From NCBI GenBank assembly GCA_030390025.1, contig CM059432.1:90522001-90586000 (forward strand): 64,000 nt of DNA, read 5' to 3'. The stretch comes from Squalus acanthias (taxonomy: Eukaryota). The first letter of the stretch is position 1. Each line of letters starts with the position of its first letter. Both the position numbers and the translations under genes were made by a program. Shown here one piece after another: positions 1-9,649 of this stretch. The notes beneath the pieces were generated by a model. The model did not search any database. It had not been told where the DNA came from and worked only from the letters and a program-made list of their open reading frames with translations.

Positions 1-173
1 AACCTTCATCGCATTTAAAAAGTACTTGGAAATGCACTTGAAGTGCTGTGACCTACAAGGTTATGGACCAAGAACTAGAAAGTGGGATTAGGCTGGATAG
101 CTCTTTTTCAGCCGGCACAGACACGATGGGCTGAATGGCCCCCTTCTGTGCGTAAATTTCTGTGATTCTATGA
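1..173 (+). mobile_element. CR1 LINE 3' end (end of ORF2, 3' UTR, microsatellite tail)
   Basis: Ends with GATGGGCTGAATGGCCCCCTTCTGTG...TGATTCTATGA, matching the other CR1 3' ends in the window. Confidence 0.85.
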
Positions 174-293
174 AAGGTCACAACTGCCATGAATTTCATT
201 CCGGGTTACCACAGCTGATATCTGCAACTTCAGTCCATCTGCATTGCAGAGAAGCACCAAGCAGATCGTTGATCTTTTGTTCACCAGGACAAA

Positions 294-1186
294 GGGGTAA
301 AAATTCAGTTGGTTGCGCCTCCCGTTAGCGCCTTAAGAGGGCGCTAATGGGGCGCAAAGCCGCTAACGCCCGGGTGCAGCGATGTTTGCGCCGCTCGGGA
401 ACTTAACTAGACATTGTGCGGCGGCGCTAAACTTTACCGCTGCGACCACCTGCGCGCGCAGATTGTGACGTCATTCCATGGTGCAACGCCCTTGTGGCGC
501 CCCGGAGCGAAAATTGAGTGGCGCCCCCTGCCTTACCGCCTGACGCTAGCAACGACAGGTTGAGGGGAGCGTTCTGCAGTCATGAAGGGAAAGGGGGAGC
601 GCTATTTAAAGGTGACCGCTTCCTGTCTTTTATTGTTGGTGGCATTTTTGAACTACGCATTCTGAGAGAGAGAGGGAGAGACTTCTGGAGAGATTCAACG
701 TTGTGTGAAGGAGTTTTGGGTACTGAGCAGCACTTTGCAGGTTCATTTTGATTTGCCATTCCTTGTATCGATTTAGCAGAGACTGTGGGAGCTGCACTCT
801 GAGCTCTTTGCCTGGTACTCTCCATTGTTCTTTCCAGCACATTTGATGTGCAAGTCTCTCCAGGCCGAGATTCAAGGCTGCAATGAACAGGATGTGGATG
901 GAAAGCAAGATTAACCATCCCCTTTAAGAACTGGCCCGTGCCATTGTGTGTGTGTTCCATTGCTGACTGACATTACATGAGCTTCGCCAGTGCTCTGAGT
1001 TAGCGCCTCACTCCTTGGCCTTTGCGCCTTAAGACAGGTGTGCAGCGCCTGATTTAGCGCTCCACTCACCTCCCGGGGCGGTAAAAGTGAAGTTTCCAGT
1101 CAGTGGCGATAATTAGCGCCAGGCGCTAATATTTGCGTCCAGACGATATTTGCGCCCCAAATGAGGCGCGACCTAATTTTTCCCCC
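294..1186 (+). mobile_element. Non-autonomous Harbinger element, 893 bp family, copy 1
   Basis: TIRs GGGGTAAAAATT / AATTTTTCCCCC and 3-bp TSD AAA (291-293, 1187-1189). Homologous copies at 16980 and 36609. Confidence 0.92.
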
Positions 1187-1630
1187 AAACACTTTTATCA
1201 GATTCCCTATGGCAAAGCAACAGTAAAATTAGAGGTACTGCAATTTGATTTGTGTTGCAAGATTCCCCAAAGTCTACAGCATTATTGATGGCACCAAAGT
1301 GCCCATTGGGCTCCTGAACACAATGCCATCGCATTCATGAACCACAAGGTCTTCCAGTCCATCAGTGTCCAGGAGGTCAGTGAGCAGCAGCACAGGATCA
1401 TTTATGTTATTGCATGTTTCCCAAGCAGCATTCTTTTACTTTTTATGGTTTATTTGAAAGAAGAATCAGACTTGAAGGATGGTTTCTAGGAGACAAGGCT
1501 ACATTCCGTAATCCTAGCTAATGCCACCCTTGTGAGGGCCATAGTCAGAATGTGAATGCAGATATGAGGCCCATGCAGCCACTTGGCTGATCATAGAACA
1601 GACTTGAAGCGGTATTTCAGACTTGAAGTG

Positions 1631-1992
1631 TCAGCTGTGGCTCAGTAGGTAGCAAACTCGCCTCTGAGTCAGAAGGTTGTGGGTTCAAGTCCCACTCCAG
1701 GGACTTGAGCACATAAAATCCAAGGCTGACACTCCAGTGCAGTGCTGAGGGAGTGCTCTCCTGTCGGAGGTGCCGTCTTTCGGATGAGACGCTAAACCGA
1801 GGCCCTGTCTGCTCTCTCAGGTGGACGTAAAAGATCCCAAGGCACTATTTTGAAGAAGAGCAGGGGAGTTATCCCCGGTGTCCTGGCTAATATTTATCCC
1901 TCAATCAGCAGCACTTAAAAAAAACAGATTATCTGGTCATTATCACATTGCTGTTTGTGGGAGCTTGCTGTGCGCAAAAATTACTGCCGCCT
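1631..1992 (+). mobile_element. tRNA-derived DeuSINE (SacSINE1-like), 3' truncated
   Basis: tRNA-like head with A box (TGGCTCAGTAGG) and B box (GGTTCAAGTCC), followed by the Deu-domain core GGAGGTGCCGTCTTTCGGATGAGACG...AAAGATCCC...CCCCGGTGTCCTGG. Confidence 0.85.
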
Positions 1993-2046
1993 TTCTTTCT
2001 TTCCTTCCTCCCTCCCTCCCTCCCTCCCTCCCACCCATCCATCCAT
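1993..2046. repeat. Pyrimidine microsatellite (CTTT/CCCT/CCAT)n
   Basis: Directly visible tetranucleotide runs. Confidence 0.9.
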
Positions 2047-2833
2047 CTTAAGTATAGGCCCGCCAAGGTTTTCCACATCAGTATTGTCTGCTGTAAGTTG
2101 CACGATTTTATCACTTAAAGAGGCCTAATCATGGAGGAAGATTCCCATCTGCCGTCAAGAGCAGAGAATAGCAGTGATAATAATGCAGAGGATGTCATCG
2201 GAGAAACACCTTTGCCTCCAGCAATAATATGACAGGCTTTCATAGTGGAGACTTTAACCCAAGTGAACTGCCCATTTCACTAATCCTCCTGTCCACATGC
2301 GTTTAGGACCTTTGACACTGAAGACTCAGCTGAAGATGCCCATGGAGTTTTCAGACACTCCGTGGTGGACTGCAGTTCTGATGAGCTTTCCTGCACAACG
2401 GCACAGAAGCAGCTACTAGACTTCTCTAAAGTTGCTTCCAAACTTTCCAAGGTGCATTAGGCACCCCCCAATTACTCCATAAGATGATTGTGCTCAAATA
2501 ACAATCTTCTTTTATAAGCAGACCCCAAGAGGTCCAAATCCTTGGGCTCTGCAGCTTAAGTCCTTAAGTCAGTAGGTTCTTGCACCTTCACTGTCACCTA
2601 CAGTTGTTCCTCTTCACTCATGCTCTGCGCTGCACTTTCCTCAAGCTCCTGAATTCTCCCAACCTCAATGCACCTGGGCTGGTACTTGCGACAGGAGAAG
2701 TGAATATTGCAGGGTGCTGTATGGTTCTCTCTTTTGTAGTACTTGAAGCTGTGGCTGGTTCTACAGCAACAGAAGCAAAACATAGGTGAGAATATTGACC
2801 ACATGATATGTTCCTCATGTGAAGGTATACTAT

Positions 2834-5041
2834 GGCCTAGAAATTGGAGGTGTTAGAGCTGGCCGTTAAGAAGAAGCTGCCTAAAAAGAAGCTGCCTAAG
2901 AAGGCGGCCCGGTTTGGGGAAAAGAAATGGTGGCCGCCTCACTTACGCTTGCTGCTGGCAGGTCCTGCGGCGGCCGCCATTTCCGGCAGGTCAGCAGCGC
3001 TGCCGTTGCCAGCGCTGGCGGAACGTATTTCAATTAGTAGGCGCGTGACGTCAATCAGCGTGCAACGCCAAATTGACGCCCGCTCATCCTTTTTGGAGCT
3101 CACCACTCCTCTAACTGCCCTCTCCAAAGCACGCCCGTGCGTGCTGCCGTTGACAGCACGGAGAGGCGGGAGAAAGCGGCAGTGAGCTCAAACTCATACT
3201 GTAAACAGCTGCTGGGATAGCTGTTAACTATGGAGAGCTATTGGAGTGAAAACTGCTTCCACTGAGATGCATCAGATCTCCCCCCTGGTCAGTCAAACAG
3301 TATAGGAGTTACTTTTAAAATAAGTTGTACTGCCCTACAGTTGTAATAATCACAGGAAACAAACAAAGCTGCATTTCCTTAAATTTTATACATTGGGGTT
3401 TTCAAGTGTAGGAACTGATAAAATGACATGCAAAGTTTGGAAGTCTGCTTTTAAAAGGCTTGACAGCATATTCTCTCCAAGAGTTCTTCAAAAGTCTGCT
3501 GTTGTTAAAAATTGAATTGAATTATCTTCTGCACCATTTACACCAGTAAACTCCAGAGCAATAGTTCAGTTCCTCTTTTTTAAAATCTCTTTCCATTGAT
3601 ATCTTTTGCAATGGTGTAAGGACATCTGTGCCACAGTCTTTATGTGGTCTTTCCAGGAGGCCCTCCAGATCTGAGCCTGTGCTTTAAGAGCCACTCACCA
3701 GGGAGTGAATGCCCTCTGTGATCTGCAGGCTTGTGCACTGTCACCGCTAGCTGCAAGATGGCGCATACCCATCCCCCCTTCCCCACCAGCACCATAGTGG
3801 AGCACAACCTCCACACAGCAACCATCTGGGTCCAAGATCTGTGGAGCTATGGCAGCCAGCAAGTTGGGAGTACCAGCAGTCTGGCACCCATTTGTGGACC
3901 CCACACAACACCCAGAAAAATGTCCGTGCAAGTAAGAGGGGAGCCGTGGACAAACAAATGCCTCATCATCTGCCACAGCGCACAATGCTCCAATCCTATA
4001 AGGGCCATCAGCAGACTCGAGAGCAAAACCCTGGAGTCGTTACCAAATGTTCCGACACGGCACATTGCCTGAGAATGCTGCACCGAGCCTTCCGACACGA
4101 CCTTCGACCTCCTACATAAGAACATAAGAAATAGGAGCAGGAGTAGGCCATTTGGCCCCTCGAGCCTGCTCCGCCATTCAATAAGATCATGGCTGATCTT
4201 CTACCTCAACTCCACCTTCCCGCACTATCCCCATATCCCTTGATTCCCTTAATATCCAAAAATCTATCGATTTCTGTCTTGAATATACTCAACGACTGAG
4301 CCTCCACAGCCCTCTGGGGTAGAGAATTCCAAAGATTCACCACCCTCTGAGTGAAGAAATTTCTCCTCATCTCAGTCCTAAATGGCCGACCCCTTATTCT
4401 GAGACTGTGACCCCTGGTTCTAGACTCCCCAGCCAGGTGAAATATCCTCCCTGCATCCACCCTGTCAAGCCTTGTAAGAATTTTGTATGTTTCAATGAGA
4501 TCACCTCTCATTCTTCTATACTCTAGAGAATATAGGCCTAGTCTACTCAATCTCTCCTCATAGGATAATTCCCCCATCCCAGGAACCAGTCTGGTGAACC
4601 TTCGTTGCACTCCCTCTGTTGCAAGTAGATCCTTCCTTAGGTAAGGAGACCAAAACTGTGCACAATACTCCAGGTGTGGTCTCAGCAGGGCCCTATATAA
4701 TTGCAGTAAGACGTCTTTACTCTTGTACTCAAATCCTCTTATAATAAAGGCCAACATACCATTTGCTTTCCTAATTGCTTGCTGTACCTGCATGTTAACT
4801 TTCAGTGATACGTGTACAAGGGCACCCAGGTCCCTCTGAACACCAACATTTCCCAATCTCTCACCATTTAAAAAATACTCTACGGAATGAGCGTGTTGCA
4901 CAACAGATTCTCCACTCCACTGAAGTAAATGAGCAGGTAGCACCAAAATACCGGTGCTGCCTATGCTTTTTCTGCGGGCAGCCGTTAGCCTTAGCCGGCG
5001 CTGTTACTGGCAGGTTTCCGGCCTATTCGAATTTCTAGGCC
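2834..5041 (+). mobile_element. Non-autonomous Harbinger-type element (GGCCTAGAAATT TIR) containing a CR1 insertion
   Basis: TIRs GGCCTAGAAATT / AATTTCTAGGCC with flanks TAT/CAT. Both terminal regions are homologous to the element at 44234-45709, which lies in the opposite orientation. Confidence 0.8.
4114..4882 (-). mobile_element. CR1 LINE, 5' truncated (ORF2 C-terminus plus 3' UTR)
   Basis: ORF 4206-4946 contains LYRALLRPHLEYCAQFWSP, RRMRGDLIETYKI, TRGHSLRI and FFTQRVVNLWNSLP. (TTCTTATG)n tail. Confidence 0.95.
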
Positions 5042-5576
5042 CATGTACCATGCTGCTGTGGCTGGCTGACAGTGAGAAGGGGAGAAGAAAGTATAGGGTT
5101 GCTAATAGTCTTCAGTTTGCTGGAGGCTTCCGACTTTACGCTCTCCCACTCTGACTCCCAATGATTTAAGAGAGACTCGAGGGCTTGTGGTTGCAGTTTC
5201 TCTCTCACGCACTTCTTCCTTCTGTCATGTGTTAGTTTGTCTGGCAAGTAGACAAGTAGTGTTGATTGGTTGAAAGTGTCAAAAGCACATTAAATGATAC
5301 TCAGGTGCCCATTCTGCAGCCCATTGTGTGTGTGAGTGCATGAATCTGCCTCATTCAGCTAGGATTTTTTTAGAAGGATTTTTTATGTGAAGTACTTTTC
5401 AGATGCCAAAAGGTTGTTATAAATTGCAGCTGGAATTTGTGCTTTGCTGCCGCATGGTAGACCTTCAAAGGGCCATGAGTGCTTTGCTTGGGGCAGCAGT
5501 CAAAGTGTAAACGGGTGCAAGAAAACATCTTTTGACTACATACTTTGCCCATCCACTCAGTTTAAGGTGTTGGTGC

Positions 5577-5930
5577 AAAAGCAAAATACTGTGGATGCTG
5601 GAAATCTGAAATAAAAACAGAAAATGCTGGAAATACTCAGCAGGTCAGGCAGCATCTGTGGAGAGAGAAACAGAGTTAACGTTTCAGGTCGATGACCTTT
5701 CATCATAACCCTGGCCAACATTCATGGTCATGTTTATTTGCACACCAGATTTCTGATTGGTCCCCTTGGAGGACAAGATACATATTCTGTAATTATAGTT
5801 GTCCTTGGCTGGTAAAATAAAAGACTTTATACTGTAATATTCTGACGAAGGGTCATCGACCTGACCTGACCTGCTTCTCTCTCTACAGATGCTGCCTGAC
5901 CTGTATTTCCAGCATTTCCTGTTTTTATTT
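5577..5930. mobile_element. Fold-back Penelope-like terminal repeat pair with degenerate hammerhead motifs
   Basis: 5577-5706 and 5840-5930 are inverted copies (ATGCTGGAAATAC..CAGGTCAGGCAGCATCTGTGGAGAGAG / CTCTCTCTACAGATGCTGCCTGACCTG..TTTCCAGCAT). The same repeat occurs at 20245, 29000 and 63885. Confidence 0.7.
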
Positions 5931-6259
5931 TATACTCTAATTAGTGGGTTAGTTAATCCTTTGGAGTTTTATGTTTTTTTTTCCCTTCTGGAAGTGATAA
6001 AAATTCTTTAATTCTGAATGAAGGGACCATGTGTGGGGTCCGTGTGCGGGTGTTTTGCTCATAAGGTTTCCCAAAGTTTGCACCTCTTCTGCGCATGTGC
6101 CTTTCTGGTGGGGTGGGATGTTGTTTAGGCCCCATCCATGTGGGCACATGCACAGAAGGACGCAGAAGACTGTGCAAATAATCACAGTGAACATTCATTC
6201 CTTGAGCATCATCCACTGCAAAAGATTAATTTATGCAAATTCGCTGTGGTGTTTGCCTG

Positions 6260-6352
6260 CATCACAACATTAACTACATTTCAAAAGTAATTAATCAGCT
6301 GCGAAGCACTTTGGAACTATCATGAAAGGTGCTATATAGTTGCAACTCCTTC
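6260..6352 (+). mobile_element. Degenerate DeuSINE/L2-type 3' tail
   Basis: ACTACATTTCAAAAGTAATTAATCAGCTGCGAAGCACTTTGG...AAAGGTGCTATATAGTTGCAA resembles the reverse complement of the SINE tail at 44058-44160. Confidence 0.6.
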
Positions 6353-6519
6353 CTTTTGCCATTGAGCCTCCACAGCTTGCTTCTCACTGCTACTAACAGG
6401 TTTACACAACCAGGCGATTTCCACTCCCCCCCCCCCCCCCACCCCCCGGCAATACTTGTCCCCAGTGAGGCTTCTCAGGAAAAGGTATGCATTCCATGTC
6501 AGCATACCCTTGTATGCCA

Positions 6520-6875
6520 TTCTCATGGAGCAGGAGGTGTAGCAGCACAGAATGAAGCAAGGGAGACTCGGCAGCATTTAAGGAGGATGGGCCCCAGCAA
6601 ATATTACTTCACCCGTAAAGGTGAGGACCTTAGTCAGAAGATGTATATATGAAGAGTGTGCTTATAGCAATAGCACAGTTCTACATCTACTACCTGCAGC
6701 CATAGTCATCTGCCCTCACTGCACTCTCTCTGGCTATGAAGGTGCCGACTGCAATCAACTTTTATGGCACAGGTTCATTTCAGGCAGCCACCGGAGATCG
6801 CTGTAATAGTGCAGCACGAGAATGCATTTGTCAGGTGACTTAGGCGCTTTACAGGAGAGGTGATGAATTCATCTT
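6520..6875 (+). pseudogene. Old Harbinger transposase N-terminal remnant
   Basis: AMKVPTAINFYGTGSFQAATGDRCNS...ICQVT*ALYRRGDEFI matches the HARBI1-type HTH region. Confidence 0.65.
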
Positions 6876-7092
6876 AGAAGTATATAGACATTAAAATATG
6901 GAATATGCTCAGCAGTGCATGCTGGTGTTTATCCTCCATATGAGCAGGAGCTCAAATCCCATGTGCCGACTTTGTTCCCAAATTCTTTTATTCACTTTCC
7001 TTCAACCACCTATCTAACTTATTCTTAATGTTGACACCGTCTCTGTTTCAATCACTAACTTTGGAAGTGCATTCCACAGCCTCACAACCCGT
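6876..7092 (-). mobile_element. Old CR1 3' fragment, continued at 15266-15430 after a Harbinger insertion
   Basis: Joining the flanks gives GCATTCCACAGCCTCACAACCCGTTGTGTCAAGAAATTTCTC, the antisense of the CR1 NF(F/L)TQRVV.LWN segment. Confidence 0.75.
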
Positions 7093-7564
7093 TTTTGGGC
7101 GCTACGTGTGGCTTTAGAGATCCAAAATGGTGTCCGTGGCACGTGCGCACATTTCTAGTGCGAGTTGCGCCGGACACCATATTGGTGAGGGCGTTAGTGT
7201 GCATGCAGTGAGCGTCCGCTGGAAGTAGGCAGATGATGATGTCAATCAGCGTGTAATGTTGATTTGACGCCAGCGTTGCCATTTTGGAGCTTAATGCTGC
7301 AGCTAACGACCTCTCTTAAGCTCGCACAGCTGAACACACATTCAGCAGCAGGAAGGACACCCCACCAGCACTATTTGGAGGGATCATCAACTACTTACAG
7401 GTTAGTTGCTGGTTGATTTCTACTGACTGTTGCTATGAGTCTGCAAGTGTTTGGTGCTTTCTAGAGTTCTTTAAAGTTGCTAAAGTTACAGGGAGTGGTG
7501 TGGCAGGTGCTGAAGGACTTTGTCCTGACTTCAAGGCTTCTGCACAAACCAGTTGCTCCCAGAC

Positions 7565-8637
7565 ATGGGTGCAGTAGTAGGCTTTCCCCTTGGAATACAG
7601 CATGACTGGGAGAATGAGCAGAGGTGACACAGAGCAGGGCAAGCTGCTGGAAGAGGGAAGAGGAGGGGAAGAAGGGCTCTCAGCAGGAGTCCATATCCCT
7701 CCAGGGCATTCTGGGAGCAATTCGCCGACCCGAAACTCTGCAGAGAACAGTGTGTGAGACGTCTGCACTTCAGTAAGGACGTCCTCACTGAAGTCTGCCA
7801 CCTGCTGCAGCCACAACTGCAACTGCAGACCATTGGCTGTGAAGGTGACCATGGCCATGAACGTTTATGCGTCGGGCTCCTTCCAGGCTGGAGCTGGAGA
7901 TATTCGCAACATCTCGCAGTTTTCCGTCCACTCTTGCGTAAGGGAGGTCACTGAGGTTCTCTATTCAGAGAGCTGACTACATTTCATTCTCTCGCCAGAG
8001 AGCAGCAGGCGGAGCGAGCATGCAGCTTCACGAGGATTGCAGGTTTCCCCATGGTGCAGGGTGCCATTGACTGCACGTACGTCGCTTTGCGGGCGCCGCA
8101 TGTCAACTCTGAGATGTAACACAACCGAAAAAGATTCCACACCCTCAACGTCCAGCTGGTATGCGACTACCAGTATCCTGGCAGCAGTCATGATGCCTTC
8201 AATCTGCGGCAATCCGCTGTGCCATCTGCATTTGAGCCACCACGGCAAACCAAAGGGTGGCTACTGGGGGACAAGGGCTATCCGCTGGCGACATGGCTCA
8301 TGACTCCAGTGCACAACCCATGCACACGTGGGCAGCATGCATACAATGAAAACCATGCTGCCACATGAAATGTGATAGAGCATTGGTGTGCTGAAGCAAT
8401 GCTTCCACTGCCTCGACCGCTTTGGAGGTGCCCTGCAGTACTTGGCAAAGTGGGTGTCACCATTCATGGTAGTCTGCTGCGTGCTGCACAACCTCGCCAT
8501 CATAAGGACGCAGCCTTTGCCACCAGCTATGTGGCGAGTAGCTGAGGAGGAGGAGGAAGATGAAGGGAGGAGGTAACCTAGACAGCCCCTTTCTGGCCGG
8601 GCTGTCTGAACAACTCATCAGATTGCGATACCAGTAA
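7565..8637 (+). pseudogene. Harbinger DDE transposase (HARBI1-like), disrupted
   Basis: [106 protein letters not shown] and an acidic tail. Contains stops and frameshifts. Confidence 0.92.
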
Positions 8638-9649
8638 CTGCAAACCCAATTCCCATTCACCAATGTTCCCACACCTTACCTTCCCTCTGTCATTGATCAT
8701 CACAATTAGCCACAATTTAAAAAATAAATGCCAACACAAAATAAACATTCCAAACCAAATACATAAATCAAAGCATGTCCTATTGCATATAAACGTGAAC
8801 TAATCATCCTTGTGCATTCCCTTAGTGCCTGTCTTCCGTGTGTCTGTGCCTGTCCTAGTGCTCCTACGCATCATGGCTAGTGGAAGGCTGCTGACTTTCA
8901 GTGGGGGAGATGATCTCTATCAGCTCTGGGCCTAGAAGGCCTGGCTTTGGACTGCACCATCTCAGCATGGGCGGCAGCAGTCTGGGCTGGCTGGCTGACA
9001 GGCAACAGCAAGGGCATTGGCGGAGTGGCAGTGGTGGGAGGACAAATGCTGCCATCCTGAGAGATGACAGCAGGTTCGTGCTCCGGGCCGTGCTCAGCAA
9101 TCCTAGTAATCTGTTGGAGGACAGATTACTGGACTGCTGTGATACCCCGCAAGCCTTTTTGAACACTGGTATCCGCAACCATGATGGTAGCAGTCTGAGC
9201 TTGCATGACAGAAAGATGACCTTGCATGACAGAAGTCTGAGCTTCCACTGCAGCGCCCAGATGTTGGGTGACTCATGCTGCAGTGGACGCTGAGACATCG
9301 GCCATCAGATGCTGCATCATGGTTGGGTCGGCAAGTGTACTAATGGAGTTGGCCACCACTTCCATGCTGGAAAGGATGGGCTCCAAGCTCTGCGCAAAGC
9401 CCTGTGCAAAGTTGGCTCCGGACTCCTCCATGCTCCTTGACATTGCACGCAAGCTTTCTGGCAGGCTTGCCAATGCACCAATCATTTCATTGTGCGCACC
9501 CATCAGCCTTCTTCTGTAATAACAACAGAAAACGCTGGAAACACTCAGCCTTCTTCTGTAGCCTGCCCCATGGAAGTGCTCATCTGAGTCCTCTGCATCA
9601 GAACTCATGTGTGACCTCGCCCTCTGGCGAACTGCCTTCTACGCAACAC

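Larger units (their letters stand above)
174..2257 (+). pseudogene. Old PIF/Harbinger (HARBI1-type) transposase remnant, interrupted by a MITE (294-1186) and a SINE (1631-1992)
   Basis: Fragmentary translations: SFRVTTADICNFS..KQIVDLLFTRTNTFIRFP (across the MITE), ARFPKVYSIIDGTKVPI, FMNHKVFQSISVQEV, GWFLGDK, AHAATWLIIEQT, ISIVCCKLHDF. These are HARBI1-family motifs in order, with stops and frameshifts. Confidence 0.8.

Noticed and set aside
580..960. 126-aa ORF recurring at 17371-17646 and 36835-37167 as a novel gene family
   Set aside because: Recurrence reflects MITE copy identity. Length and frame differ among copies, including at the (GA)n run. Only a short Myb-start remnant looks meaningful.
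1631..1700. tRNA gene
   Set aside because: A and B boxes run straight into a SINE body. The same applies to 27620-27694 and 29552-29637.
2844..3185. 113-aa ORF with a KKKLP repeat
   Set aside because: Lies in the GC-rich subterminal region of a transposon. The repeat is a 15-bp tandem duplication.
5042..5250. Myb exon 1 of the old Harbinger at 174-2257
   Set aside because: Position and strand fit, but similarity (QALESLL..W) is too weak to call.
7565..8637. Host HARBI1 gene
   Set aside because: Multiple stops and frameshifts, located inside a transposon opposite a Myb-like gene, with several paralogous relics nearby.
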